DNA from: Massalongia carnosa
Lineage: Eukaryota
DNA length: 64,000 nt
Assembly: GCA_965645245.1 (NCBI GenBank)
Contig: OZ287076.1
Coordinates: 434,001 to 498,000 of the forward strand
Reading direction: 5' to 3'
Positions 38,865-51,600 of this stretch are shown here, in pieces. The position numbers and the translations under genes are program-made. Under the pieces are notes generated by a model, which was given only the letters and a program-made list of their open reading frames with translations, was not told the DNA's origin and made no database searches. Numbering within the stretch: position 1 is the stretch's first letter; each line of letters begins with the position of its first letter.

Positions 38865-41047
38865 TCAACCAGTCGTCTCGATAGGGCTTAAAAGCGCCTC
38901 GTCTTCGGCAGCTCTTACTACCATCGTGCCCGAAAAATTCAACTGTGCAAACGCCGGCAGGACTGGGGCTTCTTCGTGCATAGGTACGGGAACTGCTGAG
39001 CCTGGTAGCTGGCGGTTGGGAATCACTCGGCTAGAACTCGTAGGGCCTTGCGCCAGGACCTCGGACTGCCTGCGCTGAAGCTCTACAAGTTTTGCCGCGG
39101 GATCCCATTCCGACTGTTCAGGTACACCTTCCGCGCCAGGCAAATCGCCAGCGGCATCTCGTTCCTCGCCCCAGAAGCTAGGGCGGCGGATGGGTGCAGG
39201 GGTCACGGGGAGGGAGGGGCGTTCGATTTCGGTTGGAAAATCGGTAAGCTTGATACTGGGACGTCGGCGCCCCGTGGGGGGGTTTCCAACGCCAGACAAG
39301 AGCGGGTCTTCTTCGGACGTAGAGGTGTTCATAAGGACATTCGGTTTGGCACGCCGGTTCTGGGGTAGATTGGAGATATAACGTTCGATTTCGGGCATCT
39401 CGTCCCAAGCGTTGGTGCGGGAATAGGAGGCGAATGGTTCGGGGAAGTTGATTTGGATAAGTGGTGTGGAAGGGGTAAGGGTCTCGGCTTGAGTATCATC
39501 GTCGTCGGTCGTCACCGATGGGACCTCCTCTGGTGGCGGAGGGGAAAGGTCCTCTGCAAAGACACGAATAGGCTTTAGTTGATTGGTTTCCCATGGGAAT
39601 ATCGCTTTGGGGCGTTCCCCAGTGGGTAGAGTGATGGGAACTTGATAATACATGTCTTTTGGAGGTTTCGGGTACGTAACTGGAGGTTGAAAGAGTTGGG
39701 AGTCTTGTGACATGGCGTACGTGTCCGTGGGGAAGTTGAGTGCCTCAGGTCGAGAGTTAAGTGGGGGAGATTGACTATCTGTCTGTGAATATCAGTTTAT
39801 GAGGGGAGGGACAAAACTCACTGCATAGGATCCCAGTCAGTCGAATAGCATCGTTCTGCAACGAGCCGTGGGGTCGATTCGTCCTGCTGTGTGTCCTCAA
39901 CCGTTCCAAGCCTTTCGGTTAGAGGCTCCTCAATACCAACATTTGGGATTTTCTGCTCAGTATACTCCCCTATGATTAGGCTTGCGAACGAATTTTCGTC
40001 ATCTACACTTAATATCTCGTCCTGCACGTATTGTTGTACAGCCTTCGGATTGTACTCGAACTGTCCTGAAGTTGCCTGTAGAGCCGGTTAGGAACGTTGC
40101 ATTCCCATATCATTTGGCGTAGGACATACTGATACTCTATAGTGCTTATCATATACAGACCACCATCTTCCTAGAAGTTCTTCATACACTCCTCCTGCTC
40201 CTCTCACTTGCCTGCCTATATTCCATGGCTTCTCATTGCCGATGAAGTGTACCATGCTGATGCTGCTCTGAAAATATCTGTAGGCAGGCACATACTGATA
40301 GTGGCCGCTGGGGGTACAATTGTATCCAAAGCTCAATCGGTGCCAATTCTGAAAGTGTGTGTTTAAAAGCCCTTGATCGGCACCATCGAAGCTGCTCCCC
40401 CGCTCGGCAAGTGCCAACAAGGCATAATACGTCCCTAAATCGGGCTTCAAGGCCAAAACACCACTATTGAAACAGTCTGGCCAGCCAACGTCAGGTGCAG
40501 CTGCGAACGAAGCTGCGATATCGAAAAGCTCATCTGGCGCCCGCAGGGCCACCACGTCCGCATCTAAATATACCAAACGTTCAAACTGTGTTTGCCTCCA
40601 CAACGCTATCTTGGTGAACGTCGATATCAGGTCTGGCCTGTTCATCAAATATAGGTTCGCAGGAGATTTATTCACGATTTGCTTGACGGGAATAATCTGG
40701 TCAAAAACTTTCTGCGAATGCTATTAGCAATCTTTTGAGTCCGACAGTTTGAGGCGTACCTTGAGCTCATCTATAGTCGACACTTGTAGATTTTCCAGAA
40801 TGACCAGGGCCACCAGTTGCTTCTTGGTGCCGCTGTCCCGCAATGAATGTCCAAGGACCAAGGCACCTACATCGACCATGAGTTTCAGCAGTCTAGACCT
40901 CCGTCTTCCGGGGGATCAATCTATTCACCTGGTAGATAATCATCGCTCATGAGCAGCTACATCGTTCCAGATTAGCGATTTTTTGTTATGCAAGCACGCT
41001 GAGTGGGTGCTCACTGTGCAATACGCTTCTCGCCTTTCCCCAGTCAT
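38865..41047 (-). CDS. GLG1: Glycogenin (glycosyltransferase family 8)
   Basis: Six exons. EAYCTLLMSDDYLPGALVLGHSL, TFTKIALW, YLDAD (DxD), PDVGWPDCFNSG, SFDGADQGLLN, VHFIGNEKPW, and the fungal C-terminal motifs FPWE, NAWD and EWDP. Confidence 0.93.
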
Positions 41048-42384
41048 GATGACCAGTCGGTGCAAGATGCACCACACGCTGACAGGGAAGGATGGGAGGC
41101 CTGAAGACTCGAACAAGACAAATACCCCATACAAAATTCGAGAAAAGTGCGTGAGGGTTTCCCCGCCCGCAAGACTCTACTGGAGATTGAAATGCAAGCT
41201 AAGCAAAATGATGAGTATTTTACCCCATGTTGAACGCGGTGACGATACCGGTCCTATGACCCAACAATCTCCGCATTTAGTCACATACTCTGTACTCCGT
41301 ACTCCGTATTGAGTACTCCGTACAGAGTACTTGTTCCATTAATTCTTCTTCCACCACCACTCCAGAAACATTCTGGTCTACTTCCCGAGATTACATGTAT
41401 AAAATAGTCATTGCAACTCTCTCCAATGGCTGACACATATCCTTGTGCAATTGATTTACCATCACCCCCAGACAGAATGCTAAGGATGATGTCATTGGAG
41501 AGCTTGGAAGCTGCGGGACGAGTGAAGCTCTAGTTACCCCGCCTGTTACCTTTGGTTAAGAAAAAGACGTTTGACTTCAAAGACAGTTAAATACGATGCG
41601 TTGAAACAGGCTATGATTCGCATTGTATAATCTAGAGCATATCCACTCTTTCGTTTTTAAAAAACAGTCTGTTTACAACTCTATAGGGGTGTGTCAGGTA
41701 GGACACTTTTTTTAAAATCGATTGAAAAATGGCCCATTTCGTTGAACAATCGTTTGCTTGTTATGGACGCCATATTTGGGAGCCTAAAAGGAGCCACAAC
41801 TGTTCTTGGCCTATTCCTAGAGAATGAAGAAACCCACAACTGAGAATACTATGATACTAACAGTCAAAAGACCTTAAAGACAAGTTGAAGGGCGTGCATT
41901 CCAAATATACAAAAACGAAAACTCAAGAACAAATCGAGGCCCGAAAAGGACGCCGAAAAAAGGTCAAAGAGCTGAAGAGGTCGGAGAAGGAAACTATAGC
42001 TCAGTTGGGCGATATCTAATTAGGCGGTAGTTCTAGAAAGGCCGACGAGGATAGAAACTCGTTTCTTTAGTGGCTGAGAAGCGCTTCACCAAAAAGCTCA
42101 ATCGTCGTTGTTCCTAATGTCCACGATACTTTAACAGAACTGTATGATGCAACTTTATTACATTAAGGATTATAACTCAATGTTATAGAACCAGAAGCTA
42201 ATGGAATAGATAAGTCTACTAATCTGATCCTGACAAAATATGGAGTGTTCTCGACAGCTATCGTACCTTGTTCAAATGCGATTTGAGCCCCGTGCGTAAT
42301 ACATATACTATGTCAAGGTACAGTGTAGTCACATTGAGGCGTTCGTGGACTTCGTAGGTCCCCACCGAGGCTCTATGCGGTCAA

Positions 42385-42720
42385 CTGGCAGACTATACTG
42401 GGACACCCCTGGGCAGTTTATACCCGAAATAAATACTTTTGGCGTTTGTGGAGAAAATGAGACACGAATATGAAGGTCTTTGAGAGGGTGCAATTGACGA
42501 GTCTGAGGGCATAGAAGTAGAGTTAGTGGATGCTACCTTGACAACCGCAAACAACAAAATTAAGTCCTCAACCACACAAGAGGAGGCACTTTCATGGTGG
42601 CGGTAATATCAGCAACGAGGACAATGAGGTAATAGATGAAGGCTTAGGGGCTCCGATGAAGATGGATCTAACCCCCGGTCTCCCTCCAAAACAGAAATAC
42701 CGGAAAGGACTCGTTCAACT
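42385..42720 (+). mobile_element. Possible highly degraded Ty3/Gypsy protease-region remnant
   Basis: TILGHPWAVYTR resembles the retropepsin ILGxPW motif, in stop-riddled non-genic DNA. No LTRs seen. Confidence 0.25.
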
Positions 42721-43408
42721 CAACGACTGTTGGCATCAAAAGGCTCTTCTTTCCTTCCAAGCTTTTTAATCAAAATAGACAATCGATCAACCCTTGAAGT
42801 CCATTACTACCTACCAACCCCATTTAAAGTAACCGCTTCACCTAAGACCACGCCCTGGAAAAACCGGGACAAAACCCAGCGTATCTCCTTGTGCCGCGCA
42901 TCACCCGCTTCTCCTCACTGACTTATCGAATTCTCGAATTTCAAGCCGCCCAGCTGCAGCGAAAGCAGCGCGCAAGAGGTCGAGAACCGGCTGCCATTGT
43001 AGAATCCCGATAAAGTAACCACAAAAGCACCAGCCAGCTAGCATCTAACATTGATCAAGGAAACCCAGAAAGCATATGCAGGAATCCAATCTCCCATCCC
43101 CATCATCGCGCAGTATGCAAAAGGGTTCATCCATCCCAGGACGCGGACGGAATCGGGTACATCATCGAAAAGGGGTTAGTGAGACATCAGCGAGCGAGCA
43201 AGCGAGCGCCATAAGTGCCGTGAATGCACTACGCGACTGGGGAATTCTTACTACATATATAGATTCTTATGGGAGCTTGCTTACTTGCTTGTTTGCTTGG
43301 GGCTAACTTAAAAATTTGGTCATCTATAATTTATATGCGGAATAGAGCTTGCTTCCCTCTGTGAGAGTAAAAAATGTCGGGCTCAGGAGAAGGTGGTTGA
43401 GTAGTGCA

Positions 43409-43409
43409 T

Positions 43410-43442
<33 letters not shown>
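43409..43442. repeat. (GATA)n microsatellite
   Basis: About 8 tandem GATA units seen directly. Confidence 0.9.
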
Positions 43443-44356
43443 GGAGATAGGATATAGGTTATACACCGTACAAATAAGTAGTCTAATCAAATTCCGGAAT
43501 AGCTAGAGGGGATCTTTAGATGAACGAAGAATTGATTCTGAGTGAATTATGTACTTATGTGTGTAAATTTCTGGATATGCAGAGTCCGAATATAAACCGT
43601 GGGGGCTTGCAGCCCTTCATAAGGGCCCCTATTCTATCATATCACTCAATAGTTAGTTACCTTATCCATCCAACCATCTATCTATCCATCCACTACAAAT
43701 AGTCCCTAGTCATCATATAATAATCCCAACCGCGCTTAAGAATCCTAGACCCACATACCTGGTCTTCGTTCTTTCAGATCACCAGGTTCACAACAATAAT
43801 ACCCCCCCCCCCAAAAAGTTCCGTACCACGCCTTAAGCTCCCTCTTCCGCTTGCCTCTCAGTCTAAGACCCCTCCATCCCTCCCCTCATCCAACTCAACT
43901 CCTCGTTTCCCCCCCCCTGGACGTGGTAGCGTATCAATCGTGAAGGCTTCCAGGGGAGGGTTTCCCCGTGCGGGGCCGTTACGTAGCTGCACGATGGGGA
44001 TATACAAAAGACCAGTGTCGGTAGGTGTGTGGGTAGATACATGAGGGGACAGATTTCTCTCCAGAATCCTATTTCATCCGTCCTTGGGGAACAGTCAGGT
44101 AGTTCATAGATCGAGCGTAAGATCCCAGAGGATTTCACATCGAATTCTTCTCTAGCCATCGGCACTCGTGACTGCTGGAAGATGATGAGGAGTGTTGGGT
44201 GGACGGATCCCCGGGCGGAGCGGTGGTGATAAAGTCTGAAATCCAAACATCGCTCGTCTCGCGCACCGATTGGCTATGGAATAGTACGGGAAGGGTTTTC
44301 CTCTACTATTTGCAGCGGCTACAGGGCATCGTTCAACCTAGGTCAATCCGGCAGCG

Positions 44357-44930
44357 CTATCCTAATATCAACGATAATGCTCCGGTTCCCAGGTCCATTG
44401 AATAAGAGGTAACAAAGCGAACAATACCCCGTTGCGTGGCTTGTAGTATCATCTCCGAGAAATTATGAACAAACGACCACGGAACAGTTCCCGAGCTGGC
44501 CTAGAAATCTATGTGTAGGCACCCGAGGGTAATCGTGAAAGCAGGTCGGGGTTCCAATTAAGACCATATTGTTCGTGTATTGAGCGTAATATAGGTATAA
44601 AAGTTCACCAATATAGCAATGGCTAATTGAGTCGGAACGACGCTCGTGAAGAAGGGGGTTTGCGTCTAGGTTGCGACCCATCCGTCGTGTAGGTCGATTA
44701 TCGACAAGACACGCTTGCGTAAGACGCTGCGATTTTCTACAGCTTGGTCGAAGCTTTTGTCAGAGCTCTGCAAGAACGGATGTTTTGGCGATCCTTGTTG
44801 AATGGGCACATCATTGGCAACTGCAGTTAGAAAGGTGCGGTTTTCCGGCATGTTACTGCGAACTATGACGGCTGACAAAACGATCGTAGCAAGAGCCCTG
44901 AGTGGTATGTAAGGCGTTGAAGAAAAGCAT
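44357..44930 (-). pseudogene. Decayed gene for a putative secreted protein
   Basis: Signal-like LRALATIVLSAVIVRS. After a frameshift near 44665 it reads FTSVVPTQLAIAILVNFYTYITLNTRTIWS*LEPRPAFTITLGCLHIDF*ASSGTVPWSFVHNFSEMILQATQRG, with in-frame stops at 44558-44560 and 44501-44503. Confidence 0.55.
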
Positions 44931-46099
44931 AATGCATCCGTGAATTGCTTATATTGGATTGAATATCGAGTCTCAGGCAACTTGCAGAACAAGTTAGGTC
45001 ACTATTTGCATGGGCTACTGCCCAACTATTTAACTCAACATCGTAATTCCCAGCGTCGCATAGTTGGGTATACAGAGTAGCTAGCGATTAGACGTCGGTG
45101 TGCCCCGTTTTGGGATTTGAAATTTCCATTTTCTAGAATGATACACGATTGTTCTCCATGGAGAAGCCGGAACATAAGCTTTAACAATAGAAACACCAAA
45201 TCCGAAAACAACAACTTGCAGAACGAGATATATCCGCGAAACAAGCAAAACCCATACTAATGTATCTTAAAAGGGTCATGCGCTGGCCAGGCCATTGTGC
45301 ACATGAAGATTAGCGAATGTCAAAAACTCAAAGAGATTTATGTATAAGCAAGGCGGTTGCGCCTAGTTCAACAAGGAAAGTTGTGACTTGATGGGGCTGC
45401 TTCAAAGTGTCAAACTTGTTCAAAACTGAGACGAGGACTAAAAAGATTCAGGGGCTAGTGCCCCCAAATCGGCAGCAAACCTTGGTGAGCCTTCTTTGCA
45501 TGTACTCAGTACTTGGCTCACAATGCGAGTACAGGCGCATATCAAAATGCGATTACTGGATTAGCCTGTTAAGCAGTGAAAGTGTCAAGAGTCTTCCTCA
45601 CGTTCGATAGGTAAATAAATAGCGTAACAGTTCTTATATAGAAGATGCTAGCTATTATGCCTATGGTTATGTTATTGAGATACGTTTGGGTAGTTACCTG
45701 ACCGCCGAAGGACCTGATACTCTGCACATGAGTGATAGATGAAACTTCTGAGACGTTAGGGAAATATGTGGGCCGTGATACATTAAATGATATAATATGT
45801 TTGCGGGAAAGAAAGGCCGGGAAGTAGATCGGAACTCTTATGTAGGGACTCGATAAATGGATATTGATTCTGGAAGCGAGTATTCTGTTATAAATGAATT
45901 TTTTACGCTTAAGACTCTGGAAGAAACATGTACGAGAAAAGAACTAGGTTTGCTGAACATATGGATGGTTTCTCGATAGAAAGACAGATAAATAGCTTTA
46001 AGTGTGTCAATTGGCCAATCAGTGTCTTGCGTCTTGTCATTGATATGTTTCACAAGATAAATTTCTCCAGGAAAACAAATGTTTACGGAACGAGTGCCT

Positions 46100-47066
46100 T
46101 TAGTTGCCTGGGATCACAATCTGCAGTTCGGGAAAGAGACCCTCACAATCAAGTCCCGATCTTTCATCAACAACCCAACGGGTTAAAAAAGAGTTCTAAT
46201 AAAATACCACCGTGTTAGCAGTGACCACTACCTTGCTGCCTGCTTGAACAGTGGGAAGGAAATATACATCAAGGGTTCTGCAGCACCATATTCTTTTTAG
46301 CTCCGCGCATATTGCCCCAACAACAGCCAGTGCTTCGGAATCTACAAATCATCAGTTACGTACAGTTTCTAGTATTGATATACTAGAAATTAATGCACGA
46401 GGAGGTAGAGACTATGGGTACCCTACACATGCGACATCTGTTCACATTTGGAATCTCCGGTGGCCCCCAGCAGCAGAGGGTTAGTTTGTCTATACATCGT
46501 CTCTCATCGCCATTTTGGTAGGAGAAAACTAGATTTTTTTCTCCTTCATCGCCTACTTTTGGTCCGAGCTCTTCTGGCAGTTTTGCTGGTTTCTTTCCGA
46601 AGTCAAGATTGTCCGGTTGTGGCTTCCCTGGCCAGTCAGATAGTGGCCAGGGGGTTATCCCAGGGATTTTTGGTACTTCAGGAACTTCTTCTAGCGGGAG
46701 AACTGGGAGTGGATTGTCAGGTAATGGCTCGGCTGGGTTGGGTGTCGGATCTCCCTCTGGTATTGACTTCGGCGCTTGATCTGGGGTACACCAAATCGGT
46801 TTTTGTCTTTTATTGACGATTTTCGCCCCACCGAGAGTACAATCAACTCCAGTATCAATTTGGGTTTTCGGGAGAGTTGAATCGATCTGGGAGTCAGGTA
46901 TAGCAATTCCCGGATATTTAGTATTAATTGCTAACGTGTCCGAACTCGGATCGATTGAGAGGATTTCAGGGTGGAATGGTCCAAATGCTGGATTGAGCGG
47001 ATCCTGTGGAAGGCACGTAGTGATTGTAAGGAGTTGGACTGCGGTGAAAACAAAAAGAGAATGCAT
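46100..47066 (-). CDS. Secreted Pro-rich protein with a Cys-rich C-terminal domain
   Basis: Signal peptide MHSLFVFTAVQLLTITTC. Exons 47066-46427, 46341-46268 and 46195-46100 splice in frame to ...CIDKLTLCCWGP...CRMYSE...ICAELKRIWCCRTLDNSF...GLDCEG...PGN*. Confidence 0.75.
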
Positions 47067-48434
47067 GGCATGTGAGTGAACGCAAAACATCAACGGCCGA
47101 GTGAAGAAGTAAGACAAGGACGACGCTGGATGAGATTTAAGACCAAAAACAACCATCATATACGTAGTAAAAGTTTATCTTAATAAGCTAGTATACACAT
47201 TCCTTTTTCAAGCCGAACGTGCAGTGTGATGGTAGTAACATACATAAATACGGGTGAAATGGATGCCTTTCTCTTCTTGATTCCTCCCTCAACTCCGGAG
47301 CGCAGCGTAAACGAAAACACGAGACACACTATACATAACAGAAAAAGGAGAGAAAAGAAAAGAAAAGGCCGTTAGCTGCCGCTCCCACCATGAGACTATA
47401 TGTGCCCTTTTACCCCGCTATGGGCCCGAGAAGCTCCCTTTGAACCTTATCATCTCCAGCTAATAAGTTTCCCAAATGATGGGTGACAGAAGTAGAATAA
47501 TAGTAGGCTCTTGACTCCCGAGCTATTTTAATAGGTAAATGAATATAACCGGCACTTGCGGGATTTATCTTGTCCTCCCTTTGCCGGTAACAGTAATTCG
47601 GCTAGGGCGAAAGGTAATGCCGGGACCGAGTGGAGGAAGGCCGCGGATAGCCGACGAAGGCCGAAGGTCGGATGTCCAAATAGTTGGACATGAAGGGGAG
47701 AAAAAAGCATAAATAGGTGGCCTTTTGGCACTCTTCTCCTCATCATCACCATTGATTCGGAGTTCAGCACCAAAAGGTCTTTTGCCCACCCACCCACTCC
47801 TTAATTCAGCCGCATAGGTAGATGGAGTTTTCCCCTCACCGCTGCCATAATAAAGCCATTATAGGCGGGGCCCTCAGCAAACCTGAGCGCCAGCATGGCA
47901 GCAGCGAGGGGGAGTTACCCAAACATAGATAGTAATTATATGGTGTTCTGACGACACGATGGAGCCCGCGAATTACTGTAGAATTTAGGCTAGGTGCCAT
48001 GAGACTGACACCACAAAAAAGTTGGGAGTGATCTTGAGTCGGTTGAATAGATAAATTATAGATGATTTTTTAGGTACCGAGACGGAAGGTAGGTAAAACA
48101 TTAAAGCCCTTAGACTTCCTGTAGGACTCCGAGCTAACATCTTATATTCCTCAAAAGAGAGCCTTCTACACGTGAGAACAATATAGTGCTTTCATTCGTT
48201 GTGTACTTACCTAACTCGGTCACATGTCAGAACATTTATAGAGCCCGGGGTGCCGGGTTATCCCTGGCCGAAATAGTTCTTTTCTCAGATAAAAGCGTAT
48301 TACATAGCCTGATACAGACTGTAGTCGACTGTCTCGCCCATCTGTTGATCTTTACACATGATATTGGCCCTGTTTACCTTCACACCTTAATAACGAGCCG
48401 TATATCAATCAGTACATGACACTTGGATGCACTA

Positions 48435-49369
48435 ATGGATTCTCGTATCTTTCCAACCCCATCTCCTTCTTCTGAACCTAGTGAACCAATACAGGCAGGT
48501 GAACAATCAAATGTAACAGTTCTTGAGAATACCTACGTTTTTCCACGACAACGAATGAAGGAATTCATGAGTGATCCCGAGAAGGATCCACTGGTCTTGG
48601 TTGCTTTCGGTCAGGCAAAAAAAAAACAGTCCAATCGGCATTAATGGAGTCGTTGACAGTGTAATAGGTTCATTCTCTCCTATAACTTTCCTTCATCTTC
48701 GTTTGTTTGAGATGGCGAACGACTACGTCAAGTTTCACAGCAACTTTGAGGTTGTAGGAAGTATCCATGACCAGTCCCCGGTTTGACTAGTGAATAAGCT
48801 GATGCCTGGTAGGTTATCTGTCGCCGGTTAGCGACGCCTACAAGAAAGTAGGCCTAGCCTCTGCTCGGGACCGGATCAATATGTGCGCAATAGCCCTGAA
48901 TTCTTCGGCTACTTCGTTGGATCTAGATAGCTGGGAAGCTGCTCATGAGAAATACCTGCCAACGGCCATTGTGCTAGATCACTTTGACCGTGAGATCAAT
49001 GTCACGGGTGTCAAGACTATTGATGGAGGAAGAAAGCACGTGAAAATTGGATTTATTGCAGGCGCGGATCTTCTAGATTCCATGACAAAGCCAGGTGTCT
49101 GGAGTGAGGAAGACTTGCATTACATTCTGGGAAAGTATGATCTCTTTATAATTGAAAGAATGGGGACAGATCTTAGCCATACCATACGGCAACTGGAGCG
49201 TTTCAAAGGGAAGATCCACATCGTTCATCAGCTTATCCTAAACGACGTCAGTAGCACGAAGATAAGACTTTTCCTAAAGCAGGGCATGAGTATTCGGTAC
49301 CTTGTGCCGGACCCTGTGATTTCATATATTGAAGAGAAGAATCTCTACAGCAACGAAGCCGTGGCTTAG
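48435..49369 (+). CDS. NMA1: Nicotinamide/nicotinate mononucleotide adenylyltransferase (NMNAT), divergent copy
   Basis: Introns at 48610-48667 and 48761-48812. GSFSPITFLHL, YLSPVSDAYKK, AGADLL, PGVW and NDVSSTKIRLFL...SIRYLVP. Confidence 0.9.
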
Positions 49370-51600
49370 GGCATACGGAGACAACAACGTTAGCAAGAGC
49401 ATACCCTTCTCTGCCGCCTCAGGCTATATGAAGGCATTTGCAAAAGCCACGACGAGGCGCTCTGGAGGTCTTTGTGAAGGTTATATGGAGGCGTACAAAA
49501 AGGCCTTGTGAAGATGTATACCAAGTTCATAGAGATGTGTTGAAAAGGGACGAACCAAGTTAGATGCGATACAGATGAACTAGCTGAACAAGTTTATAAA
49601 CCATCGAACCTTTGACTGAATGTTCATGTCTCATGAAAAATGTATTATTATTTTATATAACAAGAAATCTTTAAAGTACTCCGAGGTTCAAAAACTCGAT
49701 GGACAATCCATGGCAACCTCATTCCTGCACGTTAAGTTACTATCTCGTATTTCTGCGGTTTCTCTCTAAAGGGGGTGAACGGTACAGGTTTCATCTAGCT
49801 CTGTTGAAATAGGTGTATGACTATGGCTATATGGCTATGTAATAATAAAGGTACGTATGACCGTGATGTTAAGGATGAAGAGTTGCTAGGCAGCAATCTT
49901 TTCCTATTACTGGTCACCCCCTTCTAAGCGAGGTGATCTTATCTTATCTTGGGACTAAGCCTAATGCGGCATCTACGGTTTCCGTAGATGATCTGTCCAT
50001 CTAGGGCAGCCGTAGGTGCTATGTTCATCGTACTGATAGGTGTTCATTGTGCTGGTAGGAATTGGATATTCAACAAGCTCATTCACTGGTGAAAAGGCAC
50101 GGTTCATGGTTAAAGATCATGAAGCTATACTTCCTACATATTTTTTATAGGAGACCCAGGGATCGGCCTGAGCTGGCCCTGTGATTTATTGCCTTACAAG
50201 AGACTATTTGAATATAAAAATATGGAGAGAAAAATTTTATCAAAAGAAGTCGTACCTGCAAAGGACTCAATGAACCGACAACAATGATTTCATATCTCTT
50301 CATCGATTGATTATGCGTATCAGAGAAGCCCTTCGACATGTTACTTTACAGAGTAGGGTTGGCTAAGTAATTGAGGATCAAGCGATGCCAATCTGTCATG
50401 AGTCCAACGCTTGGCAGGCTAGATTTCGCGAAAAGACGTACGGTGTACCCTCATAGTCGGACACAAGATTCTTTTCCCCCAGTTCCAATTACGGTCGCCA
50501 ACCTGAGCTGCTGCTGCTTTAACGTGCCTGTGTGATGGAGGGCCATATCCGGGGCCCCCTATCAACTCCTCGAGCGCCCATTTTTAGCCCCCCTTCGCGC
50601 GGCTGCAGTTACTAGCGGAGTTTCAACTACAGCAGGTTTCTTGTATAGCCTCCTGGCTTGAGCCAGCAACTCCTTCGAAGCATTTAAGCCATTTTTTATG
50701 GCAGCCGCGTCGTAGGCGGGCAGCCGTCGAACCGTAAGCGATAAGCTACTTCAAAGTGTAGAAACAATGGTAGCTCGGATTGTAAGATGTTAGGACGGAA
50801 TTTTCCAGTTTCGTTTCGCGACGATAGAGGCGTTCTAAGTTTGATATATTGAGGCGTGGCTCCAATGACAGCAATAGCTGCGAGAGAGACACGATGTCTG
50901 CCTCCTTGCTTCTCTCATTCAGGGTTCGTCGGTGCTTGCTCTATGTCTTTGCTCAACCACAACTGTGGAGTTAACCCTCCATCAAACGTCAAGACCTGGA
51001 CTTCTTTCCTTCTTTCTCTCTCTGTCTATTCTTGAGCAGAATTACTGTACTAGATCTGACCAGCCCGACTTCATCTTCAAGACCATTCTGCAAGTGGTGC
51101 AGCACGCAATGTTTGACTGTCCCACTGGTCCATCCTCACGCCGGCTCATCAAGACTAAACGTGAAGGCGGACAACAGTATTAAGAAGGTGGCCTATGAGC
51201 CCGGTGCTTGAAAGGGTTGGGAGAACTTGTGGCGGAGGGGACGAAAGGCAGGGGAAGGGTGGAAGTGTTGGACATGACTGTCTCGCGTGAAGATGAAGCG
51301 TGAAGTCATAAGCGGAATGGATGGAGCGTCTTTGCAGTTAGTTTTGTAGTAGCTAGATAACCCACACAGCAAGCATGCTGTGTGGGTAACCTTTATCAGG
51401 TTTGCATTGTGAGTCCGAGAACCTGACAGGCGACGAGATACGAGTTCTGGAATGTCCAGTATGCTTTGTGGAGCATTATTCTACAGCAGCTGGGGTCTCA
51501 CATAAACTCAGATGAGATTGCTGGACGAGAAACAGTAAATATTTCAGCTTTGTCCTTCCAGCCTCCGTTCGCGTTCTTCTAGTCAAAAGATCTGTTCTGC

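Noticed and set aside
41620..42330. Lys-rich coding-like scrap and small GTGTC/GACAC hairpin
   Set aside because: Possibly TE debris, but no termini or diagnostic motif could be identified.
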